DNA of 64,000 nt from contig JAHLWR010000001.1 of assembly GCA_019057815.1 (NCBI GenBank), forward strand, positions 1-64,000, in the 5' to 3' direction. The notes beneath the pieces are model-generated. The model made no database searches. It was given only the letters and a program-made list of their open reading frames with translations, and had not been told where the DNA came from. This stretch comes from Candidatus Heimdallarchaeota archaeon. Lineage in GTDB: Archaea > Asgardarchaeota > Heimdallarchaeia > Heimdallarchaeales > Heimdallarchaeaceae. The position numbers were made by a program, and so were the translations under genes. Shown piece after piece: positions 41,328 to 51,265 of this stretch (positions within the stretch are counted from its first letter, which is position 1; every line of letters begins with the position of its first letter).

Positions 41328-41918
41328 ATGGATATTAAAAGAAAAATAAGCAATTTATCACGAGAAATTAGTGTGAAACTTTAAGAAATAGAAGATTTAC
41401 TTGAAACAAGTTACTTAAGTAAATCTTTTATTGACATTCCTAGTGGTCCAATTTCTTACGCAGATACGCATCGTAAGAGATTTTCGTTTCTTAAATGTCC
41501 AAAATTAATAAGTAATGTCTCCTACCACCTTATGTTGAATGACCTTTTTAGTTGGATGTTGCACAAATTTAATTTGTATTCTGTAGTTGAAGAAATGTTA
41601 ATCAAAATCTCAATTGCAAATTATGGTAATATAATTGCTGCTATTGTTACTCCCATTGCCAAACGCTTTATGAAACGCAAAAAACTTGGTTTTAATCAAG
41701 CTTGTAGTATTTTGGTTCAATCTAAGATTATTTCCTCCGATTTAAAAAAAGAACTGAGATGGGTATATGATATAAGATGTAAACAACATGTTGATACACT
41801 CAATCAATGGGAATATGAAGAATATAACTTAAGCCAATATAAGAAAACTGAAGATATTTGGTACAAACTTTTGAATCAAATAAAAACAGCTTCTAATAAT
41901 GGACTTATCCCTGATTAA
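41328..41918 (+). pseudogene. Hypothetical gene interrupted by an early in-frame TAA; weak HEPN-like R..H motif
   Basis: ATG 41328 is in frame with ORF 41532-41918; a single TAA at 41382-41384; C-terminal IRCKQH. Confidence 0.6.
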
Positions 41919-42035
41919 AATAAACTTTCGTTGATCTCTAATTATTTTCCGATATTATAAGTAAAGAAACATAAGCATATTTAATCCTGAAAAATATAGT
42001 TTGTGATTTTTCTTATGTTTTTCTGCGAACTATTT

Positions 42036-42085
42036 TTGTCGGAAACTGGAGAATTTTTGAGTTTTAGACCCCAGTTCTATTTTCT
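42036..42085 (+). repeat. 50-bp direct repeat, copy B
   Basis: 48/50 identical to 30424-30473. Confidence 0.92.
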
Positions 42086-42342
42086 GTGATTCTTTAAATT
42101 ATTTTTTTAACTCATCCCTTCCGTCAGTATTTTCCTTGGTGTTCTTGTCGTCATTATGAACATTTATAGTGAAAAGAAATTTTTCGTTTGAATAGGCTAT
42201 ATGATCTATTCTGATTCTTTCCTTGTTCTTGTTGAGAAAAAAGAGGAAAACTGATTTGTACTAATCCATCCTTTACTTCACCAATGTTTATAATTGATAT
42301 CTACTAACTTATTATGTTAAATTATTAAAAGAAGGACTTCAT

Positions 42343-44607
42343 ATGGACATCAAGGAATTCCTCGATAGACATCTTGGTAAAGAAGAAGTAAAATATTTAG
42401 CAAGATGTCTAGGTTTGAAACTAACTGGTAACAAAACTGAATTACTAGACAGTATAGTTACATGTGAGTATTTTGATAGAGACGATATCCCCAAAATCTT
42501 TCACAGAGACTTCTTAGATATGTTATCGAGAAAATATTCTCAACCTGTATCAGGATTAAAAGATGTGGCATGGAAAAGAATAGTAACTAAATTAAAACTT
42601 GATGGAGGAACATCAGCTTTAGAAGAGAAAATAGCAGAAGAACCTTTTGTAAAAACACAAATCCTAGATGAACCTATAGCTAAAGACAAAACTCTCACTG
42701 TAGAGAATCTAATAGTTGAAGGTGGTTATGAGGAAGCATATAATCAGATTCTTAAATTAGAAAAAAAACCTCTTAAAATTGAAGACAAAATCAAGTGTCA
42801 AATACTCAAAAGCAATGTTTTAAACAAACTAGGAAAATATGAACAATCTTTAGATCTTTCCTTAAATGTTTATGAGCAGAGTAAAAAAATCAACGACTCA
42901 ATATTAACAATGGATGCTGTTCTTAATATGTCCTATTCATTATGGAAAATAGGCAAATTTGATGATTCTTTAGCAATTATTGACAAACATGAAGATTTAG
43001 TGGAAAATCATAAACAGAAAGAACCTCATAAAGCTATAATTCAAAAAGCTACACTCTTAAGAATCAGAGGGGTTAACTTTCACGTTCTTGGAAAATTGAA
43101 TAAAGCTTTTGAATTCTATCAACAGAGTCTTGAACTATGGGAAAAATCTGATAATAAACAAGAAATTAGTTCTACTCTCAATAATCTAGGCGTACTGTGT
43201 AGAGGTAAGGGAGAATTACATAAAGCATTAGAATACTACCAGAGAAGCCTTGCAATATATGAAGAACTTAATAATGAAGATGATATAGCTACTTCATTAA
43301 ACAATATTGCTAATCTTTATCGGAATCAAGGTGATTTAGAAAGAGCCTTAGATTTTTATCGTAAAAGCCAAGCTACATGGGAAAAAATAGGTAATCAATC
43401 AAATATTGCATTATCTTTCTGTAACATAGGTGAGATATTTCTACAACAGGGGAATATAGACAATGCAATTGAATATCTCCAAAAAAGCCTTCGTCTCAGA
43501 GAGAAAGTAGGAAATAAACACGAATTAGTTTTAACTCGCTTTTATCTCATTTCTGCACTCTTAGATAATAGAAGAACTAAAGATGCACAGAAACATCTTA
43601 TCCACATCAAGGAGATTGTAGAAGGTGAAACAGATCCCTTCTTAAGTCAGATAACACGAGTATCTGAAGCTATGATTCTAAAAACAAGTACTCGTATAAG
43701 AAATAAAGCTAAAGCTGAGGAAATTTTTCAAAAAATCATAGAAGAAGACATTGTTGATTATTCAATAACTATTGTAGCTCTTCTTAATTTTGCTGAATTG
43801 CTACTTGACGAGCTAAGAATTACTGGAGACACAGAAGTACTAGCGATGCTTAAATCAATTTCTCTTAATCTTCTGGATGTATCAAAAAGGCATAATTCAT
43901 ATCTATTATTAGCAAAAACATATTGTCTTCAATCTCATTTAGCTTTAATAGATTTAGATCTAAACAGAGCACGAAGTTTGCTTACACAAGCTCAATTTAT
44001 TGCAGATGATAAAGGTATGTGGAGAATGGCAAGAAAGATTTCAAGTGAGCATGATGTTTTATTAAGCCAAACAGACAAATGGGAGGCGCTTGTAGAAAAA
44101 AATGCGCCAATGATTGAAAGGTTGGAACTTGCTCAATTGAGTAATATCATGCTAAGAATGATACAAGATGGGGAACTTACACCACCAAAATTGCTGAATG
44201 AAGAACCTGTTCTCTTACTAATATTAGCAGAAGGTGGCATGCCCTTATTTTTCAAGAACTACCATACAGAAGGACAACTTAATAGTTATCTTATAGGGGG
44301 CTTTTTATCAGCAATCAATGCATTTAGCAAAGAAACATTTTCTGTTGAAGGCTCAATTGAGAGAATAAAACACAATGAATTTACAATGCTCACAAAAAGC
44401 TTCGAACCATTTTTATTCTGTTATATCATGAAAGGACAAACTTATGCAGCCATGCAGAAATTAGAGGGGTTTGTGTATAGCATAACTTCCTCGGTTACAA
44501 TAAGTAATGAACTACTTAAATCAGTAAAAACTTCTAAAACCCTCACTCTTGAGTCATCAAAAGCTATTGAGGATATAGCTGTAAACATATTTCCAAGCAA
44601 AAGGTGA
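42343..44607 (+). CDS. TPR-repeat protein with N-terminal tandem SAP-like motifs and a C-terminal longin-like domain
   Basis: LNNLG/LNNIA..G....AL.YY..SL TPR units; N-terminal LARCLGLKLTGNKTELLDSI; C-terminal LLIL..GG.PLF..GGFLSAI..F. Confidence 0.85.
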   Translation: MDIKEFLDRHLGKEEVKYLARCLGLKLTGNKTELLDSIVTCEYFDRDDIPKIFHRDFLDMLSRKYSQPVSGLKDVAWKRIVTKLKLDGGTSALEEKIAEEPFVKTQILDEPIAKDKTLTVENLIVEGGYEEAYNQILKLEKKPLKIEDKIKCQILKSNVLNKLGKYEQSLDLSLNVYEQSKKINDSILTMDAVLNMSYSLWKIGKFDDSLAIIDKHEDLVENHKQKEPHKAIIQKATLLRIRGVNFHVLGKLNKAFEFYQQSLELWEKSDNKQEISSTLNNLGVLCRGKGELHKALEYYQRSLAIYEELNNEDDIATSLNNIANLYRNQGDLERALDFYRKSQATWEKIGNQSNIALSFCNIGEIFLQQGNIDNAIEYLQKSLRLREKVGNKHELVLTRFYLISALLDNRRTKDAQKHLIHIKEIVEGETDPFLSQITRVSEAMILKTSTRIRNKAKAEEIFQKIIEEDIVDYSITIVALLNFAELLLDELRITGDTEVLAMLKSISLNLLDVSKRHNSYLLLAKTYCLQSHLALIDLDLNRARSLLTQAQFIADDKGMWRMARKISSEHDVLLSQTDKWEALVEKNAPMIERLELAQLSNIMLRMIQDGELTPPKLLNEEPVLLLILAEGGMPLFFKNYHTEGQLNSYLIGGFLSAINAFSKETFSVEGSIERIKHNEFTMLTKSFEPFLFCYIMKGQTYAAMQKLEGFVYSITSSVTISNELLKSVKTSKTLTLESSKAIEDIAVNIFPSKR

Positions 44608-44727
44608 AATATTTCTACATAAGGGGTTATTATACCAGTAATTGCAAATGGTTAGAAGTTAATTAACCATTCTCATTTTGAGAATCTTAAAACACTTTAA
44701 AATATCTGAATCAAATTCCAAGTTAGA

Positions 44728-45603
44728 ATGAATAAAAAGAAGATTTTACAATTTTTAGAAATTGCATTTCTTATACTGACTATAATCGGCTCGCTAGTTT
44801 TCAGTTTCACTTCAATATCTATTGGAATTCGAAACACATCTCTGAATGTAAGAGAAGGAGATATTCTACGTTTGATAATCCACGCATATGAATTTGATTA
44901 CACCAACACAGGAAATGTGTCACTCTATGATATAGTTGCAGGTATATTTTTGTATCCCTTTGAACTTGAATCTAAACAAGAAATTACTACTGAGGAAACT
45001 GAGAGCTCATCAGGAGAAAATGAAACAACGTATAACGATATAGATTATCCTATGCATAGTGATCGAGATATACCATTATTTGAAGGAAATCTTACTACAA
45101 ATCTAGTAATAACATTTGAAGTAATTGAAAAAATAGATGAAGACCATGCCATTTTACAAATTAAGGAAACTGGAGAAAATTTCACTTTGTGGTTATCTGA
45201 AACTTATAGAGCTCACAATCCATTTGCTTCCCCAAAAATGTATATTGGACTTGTAATAAGAGAAAAAACTAATCTAACACAGAGTTATGTTCATTGGAAT
45301 CCTATAAGCATTTTTTCCAGTAAAACTACAAGAGAAGCTCTCAATTGGATGAGTAGAGAATCAGAGAATATTGCAAATTTTGAAGTTCTTAAACTGTCAA
45401 AGAATCAATTTATGTCACCAACAGGAACAACTTCCGCGGGAGGTAATTATCAGTCTAATACTACCTGGACACTAGTTTCAAATAGTAACAGAATACAGTC
45501 CATTTCTAGTTATTCCCCTACTACTGTAGCTGATGATTTGGTTTGGAGTTTTAGTTATTCTATCGAATTAGAATGGGAATATCCAAAGGAGGGATCTACA
45601 TGA
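44728..45603 (+). CDS. Hypothetical membrane-anchored or secreted protein
   Basis: N-terminal hydrophobic segment; 291-aa ORF. Confidence 0.65.
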   Translation: MNKKKILQFLEIAFLILTIIGSLVFSFTSISIGIRNTSLNVREGDILRLIIHAYEFDYTNTGNVSLYDIVAGIFLYPFELESKQEITTEETESSSGENETTYNDIDYPMHSDRDIPLFEGNLTTNLVITFEVIEKIDEDHAILQIKETGENFTLWLSETYRAHNPFASPKMYIGLVIREKTNLTQSYVHWNPISIFSSKTTREALNWMSRESENIANFEVLKLSKNQFMSPTGTTSAGGNYQSNTTWTLVSNSNRIQSISSYSPTTVADDLVWSFSYSIELEWEYPKEGST

Positions 45604-45821
45604 AGCCAGAATACGTTTTTTATTCTTTATATTCATTGATTGCAATTGAAATGATCATTGGACTAATTCTGAGGAGGTACATCCTCCTTATTTCTTGTCT
45701 TATACTGTTATTCTTTGCGGTCTCGATGAGGATATTACGTTTGATAGAATTTAAGATGCCAAAAAAGAGAAGCATGCTAATTTTTCCCCATTTTTCCCAT
45801 ATTTCTGTTAGCTTTTTATAG
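45600..45821 (+). CDS. Small two-TM membrane protein
   Basis: ATGA overlap with the upstream stop; two hydrophobic segments. Confidence 0.5.
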   Translation: MKPEYVFYSLYSLIAIEMIIGLILRRYILLISCLILLFFAVSMRILRLIEFKMPKKRSMLIFPHFSHISVSFL

Positions 45822-45840
45822 GAAAATCTAATAGAAGTAC

Positions 45841-46077
45841 TGTCTTAAGCCAATGGCTAGAGACAAAGTAGAGTCATCTACTTACACCCGGAGCTGGAGT
45901 GAGAGCCTAAGGTTCTCAATAACATAGTCTTCAGTAATGAGTCCCGGAGAGGAGATGAACCCTCTCACCTCCGCTAACACTGTGTGTTGGAGGTGTAATC
46001 CCAGAGCTTGAAGCTCCCCCTACGCTACTGCTTGATGCGATGCGACCTTAAACGTTCTTGGGTTGGGAAGAGTCCTC
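45841..46077 (+). ncRNA. Putative structured non-coding RNA of unrecognised family
   Basis: Locally GC-rich, no ORF in the track, at least 6 consecutive hairpins; G-U pairs favour the + strand. Confidence 0.6.
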
Positions 46078-46126
46078 AAAATTATTCGTCACTACCCTTA
46101 AGTGGGAAAAGTGGGAAAAATAACTC

Positions 46127-46609
46127 ATGAATTGGACAGATGTACGAACTCTTCTTTACGAAACCCTTGTTGAACAAAAGATTCTTATTAATGGAAAAAA
46201 AGCGATTAAAGGCGGAGCAGGAGGGAAAATCGTTGATTCCATCCAACATGTTGAGGATAATTATTTCAAGGAAAATAAGGCTTTTATTTCAGAATTAAGA
46301 GATATTGGAATTGATGGAATTTTATGCTTATTTTTCCTTATGCAACAAGAACCAGCTCTAACTGCTGTTAAAATCATCCATAAGATACTGCAAATTCCTG
46401 TAGCTTCAACTTATAGAATTATGCAAAAAAATTTGGATAAGGAACTAGTTACACTTCACTATTTAACGAACAAGCCAGGGAAAGCTTACTATCGTATAAC
46501 CGATGAAGGAACTTCTCTAATAATCCAACTTTACGAGCTATTAGGAGGGAAAATAATCCTTCCCTTCTCTAACTCAAAAGCGCAACAAGGCGTAGATGCG
46601 ACAATTTAA
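46127..46609 (+). CDS. Winged-helix (MarR-like) DNA-binding protein
   Basis: IHKILQIPVASTYRIMQK..DKELV HTH and YRITDEG wing. Confidence 0.75.
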   Translation: MNWTDVRTLLYETLVEQKILINGKKAIKGGAGGKIVDSIQHVEDNYFKENKAFISELRDIGIDGILCLFFLMQQEPALTAVKIIHKILQIPVASTYRIMQKNLDKELVTLHYLTNKPGKAYYRITDEGTSLIIQLYELLGGKIILPFSNSKAQQGVDATI

Positions 46610-46703
46610 TAATAAAATGTAAAAAGAAGTTCTTTCTTTTTCCATCATTTTTCTTTACTCTGATCTTAATGACGAGGAAGTGTCACTTTCTTTTTTTAAT
46701 GAT

Positions 46704-47108
46704 TTATTCATACAATAGCGCTTTTTCTGGACAATATTTCACACACTGTGGTTCGCCTTCACATAAATCACAAGTTATTGCAACATTGTTTACGGGGTGT
46801 ATGTACATGACCCCAAAAGGACAAGCAAGCACACATTCTCTGCAACCTGTGCACTTTCCACTATCTATTTGAACAGCACCAGTTTTTTCAGATTTAGATA
46901 TAGCTCCCTCTGGACATGATTCTACGCATTTATAACAAAATCTACATACATTAGGTACAGCTATACCTTCCTTTTCATTTTTCTTTACTCTAATACGGGA
47001 ATGTGATGGAGCATAAAATCTTTCGTGAAAAAATGAACAACGCAATTCACATATTCTACAACCATTGCATTTTTCTTTTATTACAGATATACGTTTTATT
47101 TGAGTCAT
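46704..47108 (-). CDS. 4Fe-4S dicluster (HydN/DmsB-like) electron-transfer subunit
   Basis: Four Cys clusters (CNGCRICELRC, CRFCYKCVESCP, CTGCRECVLACP, CDLC...CVKYCP). Confidence 0.92.
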   Translation of the reverse strand: MTQIKRISVIKEKCNGCRICELRCSFFHERFYAPSHSRIRVKKNEKEGIAVPNVCRFCYKCVESCPEGAISKSEKTGAVQIDSGKCTGCRECVLACPFGVMYIHPVNNVAITCDLCEGEPQCVKYCPEKALLYE

Positions 47109-47118
47109 TTTTTCACCT

Positions 47119-49038
47119 TCAAATCAAATCAAAGCGTTCTGCCATTTCTAATAATCCTAATTCTTCCAATTTTTCTTTCAAAGGATAACCTGTCTCGGCA
47201 TCCCATTTTCTTAATGCATAATATTCTGGAAGCATTTTATCCAATTCTACTTTTTGACCCTTTGCTGGTCCATCAGGAAGTGGTTCATCTGTAAAACGTT
47301 TGGGTAAATAGTCTTGTTTTTCTCCCATTCCTTCTCTTTGATTGAAAAGCCTCTCAAGATTATATATTCTTTCACCAATCTTAAGCACGTCATCTGCGTC
47401 TATTTTCATCCCAGTTGCATAAGAGATGAATTTGGCCATATCTTCTGGTTTAACTGCGTATGCAGAAAAACATGTGTATTTGCACATTTCTGCTGAATCT
47501 ACTACAGCACCCAAATTTTCATGCCACACAACCATTCTTGCTTTACTTTCCCATGCATAAGGATCTACAGCTTTTTTGGAACCAAACCACTCTATACCCT
47601 TTTCTTCAGGATAACCTAGCAGCTCGAAATTTGGTAAAGCTGTAAGATGATCAGCTCCTCTGTTTGCTGTCGCCCATCCTAAGCCAAAAGCTTTGGCAAT
47701 TCTTACATCATAAGCAGGAGGTTCCATACCTTTAACGTGTAAAGCGTATTCTTCCGAACCTTTGTTAATTTTTTCAGCTACACGTTTCGTTCCCTCCGCT
47801 AGTAAATCTCCTATTCCTTCTCTCTTTGCTATTTTTGTTATGAGTTTAATGACTGCTTCTTCATTACCCCAAACAAGTTCTAATCCATCTGTGTTTTCTT
47901 TTGTTAATACGCCTTTTTCATATGCTTCCATCGCAAAAGCGATTGTATCCCCTAATGATATAGTATCCATACCATATCTGTTGGCAAGTTCATTAGCATA
48001 AATTACTGCATCCAAATTACCTATTCCACATTTTGAACCTAAACAGATAATCGTTTCATATTCAGGGCTCCCACCTTTTGTTCCTTTGTATGGACCTTCT
48101 TTTACTTCAGAATATTTTCCACAATGAATTGGACAAGCAAAACAGCTTTCAGACTTGACTTTATATTTCTCATAAAAGGTTTCAGCTGAAAGACCTTCAT
48201 ACTTGTCAAAGGTACCGAATTGATTATTATTCGTAGCTAAACCTCCACCGATATAGGATAAATCTACTAAGAAAGAGGTTCCATATTCAGATAAACTTGG
48301 ATAAGCAGGATCAGTGTAAATTTTTTCTAAAGTTTCTTCAATTAGTAAGTCAAACTTCGCTGGTTCAGCTACAGTTACAGCTCCGGTGCCTTTAACAGCT
48401 ATAGATTTAAGATTCTTTGAACCCATGACAGCTCCTACTCCAGTCCTAGCCGCTGCTCGTGAAAGATTATTCAGAATAGCTGCGTATCGAACCAAGTTTT
48501 CCCCTGCTTGACCGATAGAGAGAATTTGAATATCATCTATATCGATTTCTTTTCTAAGCATTTCATCTGTTTCCCAAGTATCCTTCCCCCACAAATTAGT
48601 GGCTTCTCGAATTTCAACAATTTCACCTTCTATAAAAATATACACAGGTTTTTCTGCTTTTCCATGAACAAAAATCGCATCATAACCAGCATAGGCTAGC
48701 TCAGGAGCAAAATGTCCTCCAGCATTCGAATAACCAATACAACCGGTTAAAGGGGATTTGGTAGCAATGGTATACCTGTTAGAAGAGGGAGCTAGTGTTC
48801 CAGTAAGGGGACCAGTACTTATAACGAGAATATTATTTGGACTAAAAGGTTCTGTGCCTTTAGGTAAATTATCAAATAGATATTTAATCGCGATACCCCT
48901 CCCACCTAAGTAATTTTCAATAATAGAATGATCTATTGCTTTCTTCTGAATTTCTCCATTAGACAGGTTTACAATTAGAACTTGACCTCTATATCCTTTA
49001 TATTTTGGAATGGTACCTTTCAATGTAAAATAAGTCAC
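47119..49038 (-). CDS. aor: Aldehyde:ferredoxin oxidoreductase (tungsten/pterin family)
   Basis: TKSPLTG, GAVMGSKNLK, CFACPIHC, PEYET, GMDTIS and RGADH motifs. Confidence 0.95.
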   Translation of the reverse strand: MTYFTLKGTIPKYKGYRGQVLIVNLSNGEIQKKAIDHSIIENYLGGRGIAIKYLFDNLPKGTEPFSPNNILVISTGPLTGTLAPSSNRYTIATKSPLTGCIGYSNAGGHFAPELAYAGYDAIFVHGKAEKPVYIFIEGEIVEIREATNLWGKDTWETDEMLRKEIDIDDIQILSIGQAGENLVRYAAILNNLSRAAARTGVGAVMGSKNLKSIAVKGTGAVTVAEPAKFDLLIEETLEKIYTDPAYPSLSEYGTSFLVDLSYIGGGLATNNNQFGTFDKYEGLSAETFYEKYKVKSESCFACPIHCGKYSEVKEGPYKGTKGGSPEYETIICLGSKCGIGNLDAVIYANELANRYGMDTISLGDTIAFAMEAYEKGVLTKENTDGLELVWGNEEAVIKLITKIAKREGIGDLLAEGTKRVAEKINKGSEEYALHVKGMEPPAYDVRIAKAFGLGWATANRGADHLTALPNFELLGYPEEKGIEWFGSKKAVDPYAWESKARMVVWHENLGAVVDSAEMCKYTCFSAYAVKPEDMAKFISYATGMKIDADDVLKIGERIYNLERLFNQREGMGEKQDYLPKRFTDEPLPDGPAKGQKVELDKMLPEYYALRKWDAETGYPLKEKLEELGLLEMAERFDLI

Positions 49039-49126
49039 ATCCTTGACTGATATAAATTTTGCTTAGCATCTATTTTATTTCTACATTATTAACTGTATTA
49101 GGTTTTATAATATGAAAAATGGTTAC

Positions 49127-49681
49127 TTATGTTATTCCATACAAACGAATGACAACAATATTTTCAGCTAAGAACGATAAATCTGTTTTTTCAGGATCAT
49201 CCTTTTTCTTATCCCAACCCATTAAAGCTTTTGCAGCCATAGGGTGTTTACTGACATACCAATGAAAGACACCTTTTCTCTCTTCTATGTCGATTATCTC
49301 AGGTTTAACATCATATTTCTTGAAATTAATACGGATTTTTACATCCTCCGGATTAGCTTTTAAGTTCATTAACCAATTCGCTTTATCCCCTCGACCAGCA
49401 AAAATGTGAATTATTCCATTTATTTTGTGATATTCAAGGGGACTTATTCTTATTTGACCTGTTTTTCTTCCTTTTGTGAACAATAACAAAAAGATAAAAC
49501 CTGCACCTAGAAGAGGTAAAAAGCCAACTCTGTAGAATGGGACCGTAAAATATTTGTTTACACACTTCCATTTTTTCAGTGTTTTTTTCTGTTGTTCTTT
49601 GTCAGCTATTAAGAAATTATATTCAGCGGAACCTTTTCTTGGATAAAATGTTGTAGATTTACTAGTATCCTCGGAAGTCAT
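49127..49681 (-). CDS. Deazaflavin (F420)-dependent nitroreductase-family oxidoreductase (Ddn-like)
   Basis: LLL.TKGRKTG..R.SPL and W..NLKANP motifs. Confidence 0.85.
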   Translation of the reverse strand: MTSEDTSKSTTFYPRKGSAEYNFLIADKEQQKKTLKKWKCVNKYFTVPFYRVGFLPLLGAGFIFLLLFTKGRKTGQIRISPLEYHKINGIIHIFAGRGDKANWLMNLKANPEDVKIRINFKKYDVKPEIIDIEERKGVFHWYVSKHPMAAKALMGWDKKKDDPEKTDLSFLAENIVVIRLYGIT

Positions 49682-49846
49682 TCAGATCAATAAGAAGCTG
49701 GGAGTTCATATATATTATTTTTATTCTAATAGTAATACTTTTTAAAATACTTTCAATTTAATATCACTATGTGTAGAATTAGTTGATGAAAAGAGGTTTT
49801 AACCCCTCAGCTTTTGCTCACATAGGCTTTAAAGGAGAGTAATAGA

Positions 49847-50326
49847 ATGGGAAAAAACTTAGAAATAGAATCACAAAAAGCAACAAAACAAACTTCTAAT
49901 AAATTAGATTATAAGAAAATTGAAATCATTATTTTGACACTTTGTTCAGCAACTTACTCATTCTTTTTTTTGATTACACTCTTTATAGGATTTGAAAATT
50001 ATATTAATTTCTTTGAGGAACTATTTAAAGCACAAGCCATTTTAGTCATTATTATTCCTGCACTTTTCGCTCTCATTTATACTACACTTACCCTTTACCT
50101 TTCCTATAAAAAAGAGAACTCACAAAAAAGTTTCTCTGTCTTCAATATTGTTGGATTGATAAGCCTTGGTCTATGTTTCATAGTGAGTCCTTTTATTAAT
50201 TATCCAGCTACATCAGGCTTCGCAACATTAATCTATGCTTCTGTTGCTTGTTTAATTTCTATAATTGTTGCTATAGTAGGTGTGTTTATTGTTAAAATAG
50301 TGGAAAAAAAATATAAAAAACATTAG
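49847..50326 (+). CDS. Hypothetical four-TM membrane protein
   Basis: Four hydrophobic segments. Confidence 0.7.
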   Translation: MGKNLEIESQKATKQTSNKLDYKKIEIIILTLCSATYSFFFLITLFIGFENYINFFEELFKAQAILVIIIPALFALIYTTLTLYLSYKKENSQKSFSVFNIVGLISLGLCFIVSPFINYPATSGFATLIYASVACLISIIVAIVGVFIVKIVEKKYKKH

Positions 50327-50381
50327 CAATATCAAGCTATGGAAAACCTATGTTTCTAGAGAAAAAATTGCCGTTTGATGT

Positions 50382-51146
50382 TTATTTTTGCGCTTTAATG
50401 AAAAATCTGTGATCATAAAGGTCTAAATAACCTTGTTTTTCTATTATTTCATGAATATACCTTAATTGAGTCTTGTGTTTTTTGATAGAAAAACCGGGAA
50501 CTTCCCATTTTATATTAATTAGGTGATAAACAACTGCACCAACATCAAATATGCGGGTTAATGGATAGTGTTCTTTATATTCCAAAACTATAAATCCTGC
50601 TTTTTCGAGTTCTTTAACAGCAGAAACTGCGTTCCATTCCACACATTCTGGTTTTTCATCACCAAGTATCAACTTCCGTAATAAATCATTATTTCTAGCA
50701 CCTACTTGTTGAGTTATAAAATATCCACCTGATTCTAAGATTCTATAAACTTCTTTAGGTGAATATGATTCATGGCGATTGATAATCAGCTCAAACTCCT
50801 CATCCTTAAATGGTAAATCTTCATCTTTTTCACACTGAAACACTTTTACACCTAAAGGTTCCAATTTTTTTGTAGCTACAGGCAAGTTAGGTTCATATCC
50901 TTCGGTAGCACATGTATGTCTCGGTAAAGGAATTAATTCTGATAAATGCTCTCCTCCACCTGTTCCCATATCAAGGAGAGATTTTGCTTTTCTGATATAA
51001 AGTAATACTATACTTCTGTAGCTCCAAGTCAGGGGAGCTGTTACGTACCTTTCTTTATTATAAGGGAAATTCCAACCTATTATTGATCTTTTTTCTGCTT
51101 CAGACACGTAAAGATCAAATTTCTCGTCACTTGTTAATTCTTTCAT
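50382..51146 (-). CDS. Class I SAM-dependent methyltransferase
   Basis: LDMGTGGGE, ATEGY.PN, IINRHES and FITQQVG motifs. Confidence 0.9.
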   Translation of the reverse strand: MKELTSDEKFDLYVSEAEKRSIIGWNFPYNKERYVTAPLTWSYRSIVLLYIRKAKSLLDMGTGGGEHLSELIPLPRHTCATEGYEPNLPVATKKLEPLGVKVFQCEKDEDLPFKDEEFELIINRHESYSPKEVYRILESGGYFITQQVGARNNDLLRKLILGDEKPECVEWNAVSAVKELEKAGFIVLEYKEHYPLTRIFDVGAVVYHLINIKWEVPGFSIKKHKTQLRYIHEIIEKQGYLDLYDHRFFIKAQK

Positions 51147-51265
51147 CTATGCCACCATAACAAGTGGAAATGCAATTATTATCCTCTGACATTCCACTCA
51201 TCAACAACTATATTAATGATTTCAAGAGATTGTCTTTAAAAATTAAGGTAATATTAGGTGTAAAT

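Noticed and set aside
30424-42085. Repeats as a CRISPR array or ORB origin boxes
   Set aside because: Only two copies about 11.6 kb apart, no regular spacers, no cas or cdc6 genes, and a poor match to the ORB consensus.
42295-42322. ttatgttaaat, identical to a XerD arm, as a possible dif site
   Set aside because: There is no matching inverted left arm at 6-bp spacing, and an 11-mer like this is plausible by chance in AT-rich DNA.
45841-46077. Structured region as SRP RNA, RNase P RNA, retron msr-msd or Moco/W riboswitch
   Set aside because: I could not find the SRP helix-8 or RNase P P4 consensus. No reverse transcriptase gene is nearby. The element lies downstream of and opposite to the AOR operon, so it cannot be its leader.
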